This document shows, piece after piece, positions 39,787 through 51,988 of a DNA stretch of 64,000 nucleotides; position 1 is the first letter of the stretch, and each line of letters opens with the position of its first letter. The translations under genes and the position numbers were made by a program. Below the pieces are notes generated by a model. It worked only from the letters and a program-made list of their open reading frames with translations. It did no database searches and was not told the DNA's origin. Source of the DNA: Bispira polyomma (lineage: Eukaryota). Location of the stretch: the NCBI GenBank assembly GCA_965649765.1, contig OZ287756.1, positions 682,001 through 746,000 on the forward strand, written 5' to 3'.

Positions 39787-42742
39787 AGTTACACATAACA
39801 TACATGTACAACAAATCATATTATACAAGTTACACAAAACATACATGTACAAGAAATCATATTATACAATTTACACATAACATACATGTACAACAAATCA
39901 TATTATACAAGTGATACATAACATACACGTACAAGAAATCATATTATACAAGTGATACATAACATACATGTACAACAAATCATATTATAAAAGTTACACA
40001 AAACATACATGTACAACAAACCATATTATACAAGTTACACAAAACATACATGTACAACAAATCTTATTATACAAGTTACAAAAACATACATGTACAACAA
40101 ATCATATTGTACAAATGATACATAACATACATGTACAACAAATAATATTGTACAAGTTACACAAAACATACATGTACAACAAATCATATTATACAAGTTA
40201 CACAAAACATACATGTACAACAAATCATATTATACAATTTACACATAACATACATGTACAACAAATCATATTATACAAGTGATACATAACATACACGTAC
40301 AAGAAATCATATTATACAAGTGATACATAACATACATGTACAACAAATCATATTATAAAAGTTACACAAAACATACATGTACAACAAATCATATTATACA
40401 AGTTACAAAAACATACATGTACAACAAATCATATTGTACAAATGCTACATAACATACATGTACAACAAATAATATTGTACAAGTTACACAAAACATACAT
40501 GTACAACAAATCATATTGTACAAGTGATACATAACATACATGTACAACAAATCATATTATACAAGTTACACAAAACATACATGTACAACAAATCATATTG
40601 TACAAGTGATACATAACACACATGTACAACAAATCATAATATGCAAGTTATATATAACATACATGACACAACAAATCATAATATGCAAGCTATACATAAC
40701 ATACATGTACAACATATCATATTATACAATTTACATATAACATACATGTACAACAAATCATAATATACAAGTTACACATAACATACATGTACAACAAATC
40801 ATAATATGCAAGTTATACATAACATACATGTACAACATATCATATTATACAATTTACACATAACATAGATGTACAACAAATCATAATATACAAATTACAA
40901 ATAACATACATGTACAACAAATCATATTGTACAAGTTACACATAACATAAATGTACAACAAATAATATTGTACAAGTTACATATAACATACATGTACAAC
41001 AAATCATATTGTACAAGTTACACAAAACATACATGTACAACAAATCATATTATACAAGTTACACATAGCATACATGTACAACAAATCATATTATACAAGT
41101 TACACAAAACATACATGTACAATAAATCATATTGTACAAGTGATACATAACACACATGTACAACAAATCATAATATGCAAGTTATATATAACATACATGA
41201 CACAACAAATCATAATATGCAAGCTATACATAACATACATGTACAACATATCATATTATACAATTTACATATAACATACATGTACAACAAATCATAATAT
41301 ACAAGTTACACATAACATACATGTACAACAAATCATAATATGCAAGTTATACATAACATACATGTACAACATATCATATTATACAATTTACACATAACAT
41401 ACATGTACAACAAATCATAATACACAAATTACAAATAACATACATGTACAACAAATCATATTGTACAAGTTACATATAACATACATGTACAACAAATCAT
41501 ATTGTGCAAGTTACACAAAACATACATGTACAACAAATCATATTATACAAGTTACACATAGCATACATGTACAACAAATCATATTATACAATTTACACAA
41601 AACATACGTGTACAATAAATCATATTATACAAGTTACACATAGCATACATGTACAACAAATCATATTATACAAGTTACACAAAACATACATGTACAACAA
41701 ATCATATTGTACAAGTGATACATAACACACATGTACAACAAATCATAATATGCAAGTTATATATAACATCCATGACACAACAAATCATAATATGCAAGCT
41801 ATACATAACATACATGTACAACATATCATATTATACAATTTACATATAACATACATGTACAACAAATCATAATATACAAGTTACACATAACATACATGTA
41901 CAACAAATCATAATATGCAAGTTATACATAACATACATGTACAACATATCATATTATACAATTTACACATAACATAGATGTACAACAAATCATAATATAC
42001 AAATTACAAATAACATACATGTACAACAAATCATATTGTACAAGTTACACATAACATAAATGTACAACAAATAATATTGTACAAGTTACATATAACATAC
42101 ATGTACAACAAATCATATTATACAATTTACACATAACATACATGTACAACAAATCATATTATACAAGTGATACATAACATACATGTACAACAAATCATAA
42201 TATACAAATTACAAATAACATAAATGTACAACAAATAATATTGTACAAGTTACATATAACATACATGTACAACAAATCATATTGTACAAGTTACACAAAA
42301 CATACATGTACAACAAATCATATTATACAAGTTACACATAGCATACATGTACAACAAATCATATTATACAATTTACACAAAACATACGTGTACAATAAAT
42401 CATATTATACAAGTGATACATAACATACATGTACAACAAATCATATTATACAAGTGATATATAACATACATGTACAACAAATCATATTATACAAGTGATA
42501 CATAGCATACATGTACAAGAAATCATATTATACAAGTTACACAAAACATACATGTACAACAAATCGTATTATACAAGTGATACATAGCATACATGTACAA
42601 CAAATCATATTATACAAGGTACACAAAACATACATATACAACAAGTCATATCATACAAATTACACAAAACATACATGTACAACAAATCATATTATACAAG
42701 TTACACATAACATACATGTACAACAAATCATATTATACAATT
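39787..42742 (+). repeat. 41-bp minisatellite, ~72 copies
   Basis: Unit TTACACATAACATACATGTACAACAAATCATATTATACAAG. Confidence 0.97.
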
Positions 42743-42773
42743 TTCTTTTAACCTGACATTTGTCACACCTTTA

Positions 42774-43219
42774 TACCCTGGTCCCACCAGCCGCCATGTT
42801 AGGAGTCGTTTAAAAATTAATTTGCATAGGTTTTGAGTGGTATTTGCGGGAGCTGACATAATATACATAAGCATACATAACCAGGCGTGAGAGTTGAGTT
42901 TGAAATTTGGACACGCAAGAGATGCAAAAGTATGATGTACTAAAACGTGGATATGCATCACAGTGTGTAAATGTGCGTCATTATGACGTCATTTTACATG
43001 TATTGACGTACTCATACATGTACTTGGATGTGAACTTTTGCATCCCCTGAGAGACTTTACAGCTTTTGACGTAATAATACATGAATTTAAACGTCTGTTG
43101 ACGCCTTCAACGTGGAGAAAATCTTTAAATTCTAGTTTTGCATGACGTTTTGCATCAAATAATTTACAAGGCCATGTGTGACTTACATATCCTGACATAA
43201 ATCCGGTGGGACCAGCCCA
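42774..43219. mobile_element. PIF/Harbinger-like MITE
   Basis: Terminal IR 12/15 match (core CTGGTCCCACC / GGTGGGACCAG), flanked by TTA at 42771-73 and 43220-22. Confidence 0.7.
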
Positions 43220-43379
43220 TTAGGGTCGAATATACATGGACGTTTTTGCTTCCGATTCTGTCATACATCAAAAAAACTGGCCGATTTTTCTAGTATTGAT
43301 TTCTTTTACTACCAGTGTTCAAATGTAAATAATATTGTGTGTCTGTTTAATGATCACATAATTTGGTGTATATTCACTA

Positions 43380-44210
43380 TTGTTTTTATTTTATTTTATA
43401 AGTTTCATGACATACACACACATATATATATATATATACCTATACAATGTATATAAGCAATTATTCGTACCTACAGTTACAAGTACATATATTATCTAGA
43501 GGGAAAACACGAGTAATACAATTGAAAGTATTAGGAGATAAAAAAAATCAATTTCCACCTGGCCTAACATTTTGTAAAGATATCATTCATTTTGATTATT
43601 AACTCTTGAACTCATTTTGATTATTGATTATTTGGTTAAGCATTGAACAAAATTTTGAGAAGACAATATTCTTATTGAATTTCTTACATACATAGATGGA
43701 CCATATGGCATATATAATAGTCAAGTTTACAACACTTAAAATTGAATACCTATTACATGGTATACCTAAGAGCACCTGCAAAATGGTAAAATCTAGCTTA
43801 ACATGAGAAGTGTTTGTGATTAAATCTTGAATAACTTGGGTTCATTACATGTAATTCCGGGCAACTTAAAGATCTGGGTCCGGTCAAGAGTTTCTGAAAA
43901 AGGATAATATTTTAAGCATTTTTTCACTGCAGAAGGAAATGATTCAGAGAATGTCAAATATTGATCCATATCTTTACTCTTAACACAATATATGGCTTCT
44001 TTATGTGAAAAATCTTGTACCATGGACTTGTTTATAAAAGCAATTTCTCCAAAGTGGGAGTTGTAAGTCATGATGTTTTTCTTACAGAGTAGCACATTTT
44101 GATCTTGTATGCCACATATTTATTATCAGTGATATTTATAACCATTTATTTGCATTGAGCTTTGTCACACCCATTATCTAGTATATAATAAGCGCTTTCT
44201 GGTGATACTA
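43380..44210 (-). mobile_element. L1/Tx1-group LINE ORF2 3' fragment
   Basis: ORF pieces QIFKLP..CNEPKL and VLLGIP..VVNLTIIYAIWSIY are typical Tx1 C-terminal segments. Confidence 0.65.
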
Positions 44211-44583
44211 AAACAAACATTTTAGGCAAAGTATTGACATAGATACAGCCATATTCCGTCCTTTATCCCCAAAAAATCCCCAAAAAACTGTCTTTGACCG
44301 ATTTTGAAAATTTGGTTCTCGATTTTCTTAGATTTAAATGTTTTCGGATGACGGAATTGGACGTCCAACGTAATAACACACAATGCGTACTTGATTTGTA
44401 CTCATTGACCAACAGTCTTCTAATTGTAATGTGAAACATGGTCCTTCTCAGTAAAGCAATGGAAACAGTGCCCTGACCTTGAGTTGGATTTTGACCTTCA
44501 GTAAGACAAGCAGTTGGGATAATATTTTAATCTACTTCTACACATATACTTAAACTGTTAAAAATTTAAATTTTTTATAATAA

Positions 44584-44793
44584 TTAAGGCCACCTTAGTG
44601 CGATGAAGATAAGGTTAGTGTAAGTTCACATTAAGTGTGACTTAAATTTAAGGTGAACATAAAGTAAAATTTTGATATTATATTTACAGAATGTAAAGGT
44701 AATCTTAAAGTTTTACATAGTTTAAGTCTGGCCTTAGCCTTACATTTCTCTATTTAAGGTTACCACAAAGTTTAGACTATAAGGTGGCCTTAA
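44584..44793. repeat. Inverted-repeat cassette 3' of YR, DIRS copy 3
   Basis: Perfect 14-bp IR TTAAGGCCACCTTA (44584-44597) / TAAGGTGGCCTTAA (44780-44793). Confidence 0.9.
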
Positions 44794-44857
44794 GTAAATT
44801 AGAAAAAGTTAAAGCTTGTAAAATATAATAGATAAGAGAGTAACCACCAAGGCCCAA

Positions 44858-45849
44858 CTAGACAGTAGGGGACGGGTTAAGGAGAGACTGAAGGGCCAGA
44901 GCTACTTGGTCGGAAGCAGCGTGGTCTTGAGTTATGTACCTCCATACGCATTCAGACGACCAAATGCCCTGGCTCTGAATGTCCTGGAGGGGGACATGGG
45001 CATTGAAGGCCAGTGTCGCTCCAGAGCGGCGGAAGGTATGAAAGGTAATATTAGCCTCTGATTTTCCTGCCCTGGTAAGAATATTTTTTAAATTTGAACG
45101 GATTTTAGAGTCTGTTAATGGAATCCAGGTGAGATTATTCTTAATTTGAAACAAAGGAGAATTTGTGTTACCAGGTGTGATGGTAAGTAAAACCTTTACA
45201 GCCCTGACTGGGCAAATGATAGTATTCTATAAAGAAGGAATTTTTATTACCTTAATGGTATTTCTGGACTGTAAGGTTTTTGTCCACTTAATAATGATAT
45301 GGGCACCAGGAGGGGCGAAGATTATGTCAGCCCTAGCTAACTGGTGTAAGGGTGAGTATGTAGCGATGGAGTGGCGGACTAGATTCGAGATACGAAGAAA
45401 GGAGAAGAAAGCTAAAAGGTAGGCAGCTTTATATATTTGTCCCATAAACATGGAATCACATATTATTGCTATCTTTTGCAACAGTTCAATATCAATGATA
45501 CCATTTATTTTTGCTCTAAAGGGTTTCTGTAAAATGAGAGCTTTCTGAAAGTATTTAATTCTCTGATCTGCAAAGGCCCCCACTTATAATCCAAATAACG
45601 ACATTTGGGCCTTAATGGCTGAGAGATAATTAGATACTGAAGTATGAGAGGTATTATTGACCACTAGCACCTCTAAAAATGCTAGTAATGACAGTGGAGT
45701 AACATTCTCAATAGAAATGTGAGCAAAACATCAATAGGCTAAAAATACTCTAAACATGGCTGAATATGCCTTTTGAGTAGATGGTCGGAAGGCTTGCTGA
45801 GCTCTATTGGCTGCCCTGTCCACAAGCCTAGTCACCCAGGTTGAAGTAC
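44858..45849 (-). pseudogene. DIRS copy 3 tyrosine recombinase (stop + frameshifts)
   Basis: AFRPSTQKAY, FLRISNL, KWTKT, FHTFRRSGAT, QGIWSSECVWRY. Confidence 0.93.
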
Positions 45850-45865
45850 CTGAAAAATTTTACAC

Positions 45866-48225
45866 CTAAATAGACCAGTTTATGTCTAGGAGGTCATCTT
45901 CGATCTGAAGCCATGTGGGATTTTCCATTACTTGACTTAGTTTGTGTTTGTTATTGGGTGTAATTGTCCATTTAGAGGGGAGATCAGTTATAATGTTTCT
46001 TTTACCTAAGATATGTACGGTTCTGAGCTCTATGTCGGCTTTTGCCGCTTCCATGAAAATATTTCGAGTCATAGCGGTCAAGGTGAGATTATAGGTCTTA
46101 CCTGAATTCAAAATTGAGACTATGGCCTGGTTATCACAATGAACCAGTAACTTTTTGCCTGACCATTGATTTTTCCAGACTTTTATGGCAACTAAAATAT
46201 TTAACATTTCCAAATGTACAATGGTATAATCTTGAAAACCCAGAGGGATTTCTTTGGTGTAGACTTTATTATTACAGCAAACACCTAAGCCCTGAAGGCA
46301 GGCATCCAGGTGGACTTTATTAGTAACCAGTTTGTGATCAAAGAATGCTACTCCGTTAAAACTAGTGAGAAACATATTAAACCAGTTTAAGTCTTGCTGG
46401 AAAGCCATGTCTAATTTTATATTGTTAGCTTCTCTAGCCCCTCTGTGTCTAACATCCTATTGAGGTATGCCCTCGAAGTTCTGACACATTTTGAGACACA
46501 AAGAAGTGAACCTAAAAGTGATTGAAGTTGTCCTTTTGTACAAACTTTTTTGTCTTTCCAAATTTGACATATCTGCTTGATTTCCTTTAATTTGGCATCT
46601 GGAATTGAAACTGTGAAGTCCTCAGTGTTTACTAGGACACCTAAACATACTACTTTGGTATCAGGGGCTACCACCTTTTTCTCACTTATAGCAAAACCGA
46701 GTCTATGAAAAACTTTTTTTAATAACTCAAATGATTTGGAGACTGTGGCCGGAAGTCCGTAAGCAATGACGTTGTCGATATAATTTATTACGTCGCGACC
46801 CTTTGACGTCATGATAAACCTTATGGCGTCACTGAGTCTTTGAAAAATGGCGCTACCATGGCGATGGCCGAATGGGAGACAAGTGTCAATATAATAGTCC
46901 CCAAGTTGTAATCCTAGTAAATCATAGTCTTCTGAATCTATTTTTACATGTCTAAATGCACGGCTAATATCCAACTTGTACAGAAGAGAACCTTTGCCTA
47001 ATTTAATTATATTTCTAGTAATGTAGAGTCAAAATAAATGGAGTACCTAAGTATTGTTCTTTTTCTATGGCTGAGTTTACAGCACAACCCTGTGGGAAAC
47101 TTAAGTCAATAATCACTCTTCTATGTTTTGCTTCCGGCTTTGGGTGTGTCATGAAAGGTGAAACGTGAAGATCAGGTAATGGAAGTTCTTTAAAAGAACC
47201 AATTATCACCCCAAAGTGTTTTTCCTCCTTAAGATAAGCCTTGACGTCGTCTTTATATTGAATAGCCAAACTATGATTATCCCCCTTGTTTTCTGAGGGA
47301 GAGGCTCTATCAAAATCTAAAGGGAATCCAAATTTTATCAGATGAACTAATTGGCGATCCCAATAGTGTTTCAGTAGAGTTTCTCACTCTGCAACATTTT
47401 ACTGTGATTGAACAGGAATTTGAGCGCCTAGGTAATTTGGTAGGCTATATCTTTTTTAACCATGTTGTTCTTTGCACGAGCCTTTACTTGTTTGGGCAAT
47501 TTTGCATCCCCCAAGGGAATGAAGCCAAACTTTTCTTTATTTTAAACATTCCAAGACTTAAACAGAGCATTAGCTTGTGCCATTGACACAGCGTCTCTAT
47601 GTTTCCTTTTAACTTGTAATTGGAGTTCATATTTATCCCCCATTTGTAAACTCGAGTTTGTTTGATCAGAAGTGTTTACATTGGTTTTACTATCATTATC
47701 ATCATCTGACAAGTTCTGAAGGGTTAAGAACCTATTGTGACAATGTATTTGATTGTTGACACTTTTTGTTACACCTTTATGAAAGGTGCGACTTTGACCA
47801 TTGTTACCCAGTTTGGACTGAGAAGGGGGGCTTTTTTGGACAAGTTGGGGTTTCACACTTTCCCGGAAGGTGTGACTTTTGCTTTTTACATCTGAAATTC
47901 TGTAATTGAAAACATTATTTGAACACACATTTGAATACATTTTGTTCTTAATATGTGGGTGACAACTGGAGGCCCGACTTTGTTTATAGATTTGTTCTTT
48001 TCTATTTTGATGTTGGTACTGATTACCCTTATTTTGAGCCACAACTTGTGCCTAAGATTTATTTGCAAACCTAGCCCAATTGGCCCTCCAGTTGTCACTG
48101 CATCCAGCATACACATTTGCATTATGTACAATCTTTGAAGAACAATACTTAGTTTGATCTTTGATATATACAGTATTAGTACAAGTATCTAATATGACAT
48201 TTGTGCACTGCTGTACTGCAGTGCC
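45866..48225 (-). pseudogene. DIRS copy 3 pol (linker + RT + RNase H)
   Basis: RRVIIDLSFPQG, DISRAFRH, CLPFG, NYIDN, LDACLQGLG, HCDNQAIV. Confidence 0.93.
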
Positions 48226-48238
48226 CTATTCGTTTTTT
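48205..48238 (-). promoter_or_regulatory. Candidate -1 ribosomal frameshift signal, DIRS copy 3
   Basis: A_AAA_AAC in the gag frame, 7-nt spacer, stem GCACTGC-AGTACA-GCAGTGC. Confidence 0.7.
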
Positions 48239-49287
48239 GCGACATTTGTTTCTAAACCTTTGACTTTATTTCTGTGACAATCCTTAGATGCATGGCGAAA
48301 GGATTTGCCTATTGTAAAGCAAGTGGAACAAACGTGTAAATACATTTGTCCTTTAGTCTCGTGATCCGCTTTGTTTGGGCACGAACCCTTTTGAAAGTAC
48401 CTGCAGGGGATTCCCCTATCAGTGCTGGCCCTAGTTTTGCTATATTGAGATGAAGAAATCGTATTGTTGATAACCTTTTGGGCATGTGCCCTTCTTATCC
48501 TATCGATTTTGGCAGTTTCATCCCAGGAAACCTTACCCTCTTCCATGCGACATAATAATACCGCATGGCCGCTTTTCGCAGCTGGCCAAGAAAAACCGTG
48601 GCAATCCTCCATGAGATTCTGGACATAGTCCAGCATTGCATTTTTTGTGTCAACATTACTCTCATCCCTTACTATGGAACAGAACCTTGCTACCCACTGA
48701 GCCATTGAAAGGCTAGCGTATGTTGTCCTGGATTTAGCAGTACCACCCAAAATGTTATTCTTAGGCCACGCAACCTGACGTTTGACCCATACAGTTTCGT
48801 TTCCCCCTCTTTGAGACTTGAAATTACCTTTCTCGTTTAAGTTGGCTAGATCTCGCAGTCTGGAGTCAACAGCATTCTGGAGGTACTCTGATTTCTTCAG
48901 TGTCATCAGAGAAGGAACCAACGTATCATCTGTGCTCACAGCCACTGCCGGAACTGCCGGGGGGGGTGGGAACCATCATCGGCGTTGGAGCCGCCTGACT
49001 CGCACTAGCTGTCGGCACGGGAAACACAACAGGAGCAGGATTTACAGGGGTTACAGTAGAACTATTAACACTTTGTCTATTCTCAAATTGCTCTACTCTC
49101 TTTTCCATGGCCGACATTCTGCCACTAAGGCCTTTAAGTTCTTCCAGAATATGTGCATTGATAGACATATCAGAAGTGTCATTATAGTCATTGTTCTGTG
49201 GTTGGTTTACAAACGGACAGTTATCATTAATTGCTCTTTGTGGCTTGATTTACAAGCTCTACATTCATGATTTGCACGGGGTGCCAT
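48226..49287 (-). pseudogene. DIRS copy 3 gag
   Basis: MAPRANHECRACKSSH (CxxCxxxH); GNFKSQRGG..VAWP; CRYFQKGSC..H..HVCSTC..H..C. Confidence 0.9.
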
Positions 49288-50477
49288 TCTATAAATATAA
49301 ATTACACACTGCTTTGGGAGATGCGGATTTTAAGTTGAGGTTGTGATGCTTTTGAAAATGAATATATAATAAATTTCAAATCAAATTAAGTACAGCCCTC
49401 AACTGTAGCCCTAAACAAAGAGCAAAATTCACATATGTCAAAGCAATGACAAACAACACTCCAGTCAGGTGCCTGCAAGCTTCAGTCTATATCCAAACTG
49501 CAACCATCCTATGCCTATAACACAGATAATAACTCGGTTACTTATAATAACCATTTAAAAAGTAATATAAAAGCAAGAAGTAAAAAAATAAAAGTAAAAA
49601 TTAAAAGAATTGAAAGTTTTAAAATGGCGTTGTGCCCTTCCAAATTCTAATTTTAAAGTGAGGTTATTGAGATTTTAGCGGATGTAGGCCAACTGCCAGC
49701 CAATCACTGTAAGAGGTCACTTAAACCAGAATAGATCTTAAAAATATAATTAGGGTCGGCACTGAACCCACTATCCCCGTTGAGACTACCTAGCACAATG
49801 CAGGACTATAGAAATTTCTACTTTAAAACTGACACTTTCTAACATTGAAAGGAAATAAGGCAAACACATTCTTGTATTGTCTAATTATTTTGATGTATAT
49901 GGCAGGGTAAATGCCATCTCTTCATTTATTTCAAGGCTGTCAACAAATCTATCTGCAACAACACTCCAACTGTCCACACAGTAATATCTGACACAAATTG
50001 GGAAACCTGATCCCACAGATTGGTCATAAATCAGTCCCTAGTCCAGGAGAGCAGATGGTCAGGATACCCGATTACCCACTTATTCTGGTTTAATGTTGTA
50101 TCAATGTTGTGTAAAAACCAAGGTGGTTGGCGAGTATTTTCTATATGATATGATATAGTAGCAATTTAAATAAATTTTAGACCATATACCATATTTGAAG
50201 ATTGGGTACTAGTTATCGATTACACTCACCAGCAAAAAAACTTGTCAGCCCCTGTTTCAGTGGCTACACATTGGATTTCCACATAATTATGTTTAAATGT
50301 ATACATTTAGGTCTGTTGGACAATGATATTTTTTGTTTACTTATGCTACTCGATCGTATATGCCTTGTCTGTGTAAATATGTCCCAACTGGTACTCTGAC
50401 AAATAGAACCAGTTCATTTGGCATTTTACCTATAGTACCAAGCCTTTGTGTAGAAAACCTACCAAGGTAGTGAATAA

Positions 50478-51988
50478 TTGTTCCACCGGAGGAGTAACTA
50501 TGGATTATTCATTGTTACGCCGCAGCCGTGGCCAACAAAGCCGCAGCCGTGGCCAACAAAGCCGCCGCGTCAGTGTGTGTAGAGATTTTACCGTTACCGC
50601 TCTAATCGAAAAACTTTTGCACCTAGGCTCCTAAAATTTACAGAAATGTTCTTTATTACAAAACCTTGCTTGGGAAAAATTTTGGCCTCATTTTGACAAA
50701 CAAAATGGCCGCCACGGGCATTTGTTTGAAAATAATCAGACTTTTAACTGTGTCTGTTTCTCAGCTGTAGAAGGTTAAATCTCCTTACGGGTGATTTGTT
50801 TTACGGATGTAAATGTCCTTTATAAGCTCTCAGACATTTGACCTTGAATCTCCTCATTCAAGCTCATCCACAGAGTGCCAAAGTACCCCAAGTGACTGAT
50901 TTTGGCCAAACTTTCCCAAAGTGCCTATATGTCGCTTAATATTGGTCCTAGAGGTTTGGGATCTGAAACAAACGTATCGCAAATCATGGGCTCTGAATCT
51001 TTTTATGTGGTCTGATTTGACCTTGGGCCCCCTGTTCAAGGTCAAATGCGGCTGGCCAAACTTAAAAGTGCCTATATTTCGCTTAATATTAGTCATAGAG
51101 GTTTGGGATCTGAAACAAAGCTATAGGAAATCATGGGCTGGGAATCTTTTTATGTGGTCCAATTTAACCTTAGGCCCCTCGTTCCAGGTCAAATGTAGAT
51201 GGCCAAACTTAAAAGTGCCTATATCTCGCTTAATATTGGTCCCACAGGTTTGGAGTGCCAAACTAACTCATAGAAAATCATGGGCTGGGAATCTTTTGCT
51301 GTACGCAGATTTGACCTTGGGCTCCTCATTCAAGGTCAAATGCGGATGGCCAAACTTAAAAGTCCTTATATCTCACTCATTATTGGACCCAGAGGTTTGG
51401 AGTACCAAACCAACCTATTGAAAATCATGGGCTGGGAATCTTTTGATGTACTCAGATTTGACTTTTGGCCCCTCGTTCAAGGTCAAATGTAGATGGCCAA
51501 ATTTAAAAGTGCCTATATCTCGCTTATTATTGGCCCTACAGGTTTCAAATATGAACCAACCTGTACAATATCAAGGTCTAGGAATCTTTTGATGTGGTCT
51601 AATTTGACCTTTGGCCCCAGGTTCAGGTTCAGTCTTTGTCAAACTTAAACGTGCCTATATCTCGCTTATTATTAGTCGTACAGGTTTGGGATTTGAAACC
51701 AACCTATCGGAAATTATGGGCTGCTATTCTTTTGCTGTGGTCAGATGTGACTTTATATCCCTCGCGCAAGGTCAAACAGGTAGGCCAAACTTTAAACTGC
51801 CTATCTCACACTTATTGGTCCCAAATGTTTGCAATGTGAAATTCGCTTGTGTGATTTAAGGCAATCATAGGCTACTAGCTTTGGTGCTAGCTAGGGTGCT
51901 TTCTACCTAAGGTGCTTGTTACCAAGGGTGCTTTGTCTTTCTGGTGGATACAAATATGCATCGGTTCTCCGATGCGCTAGGTCTAGTT
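50478..51988 (+). mobile_element. Non-autonomous Helentron/Helitron2-type element (HINE/DINE-1-like) with internal tandem repeats
   Basis: 5' TTGTTCCACCGGA pairs with subterminal TCTGGTGGATACAA (~51940-51953); hairpin GCATCGG-TTCT-CCGATGC (51958-51975); ends CTAGTT; TT context; flanks rejoin to match paralogs at ~33560 and ~55250. Confidence 0.8.
50895..51850 (+). repeat. 147-bp tandem repeat, ~6.5 copies
   Basis: GGCCAAACTT..AAAGTGCCTATAT at 50904, 51054, 51201, 51348, 51494, ~51640, 51783. Confidence 0.95.

Larger units (their letters stand above)
44500..49814 (-). mobile_element. DIRS-order (Ngaro/PAT-like) retrotransposon copy 3, near full length, decayed
   Basis: gag (ATG 49287 to 48226), linker, RT, RNase H (to 45866), YR (45849-44858). 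Host sequence resumes at 49815, matching the paralog at ~54670. Confidence 0.95.

Noticed and set aside
39968-42756. ORFs in the 41-bp minisatellite
   Set aside because: Repeat translations cycling through frames.
50854-51859. Repetitive 166-aa ORF and neighbours
   Set aside because: Result of the 147-bp (49-codon) repeat in a non-autonomous element.
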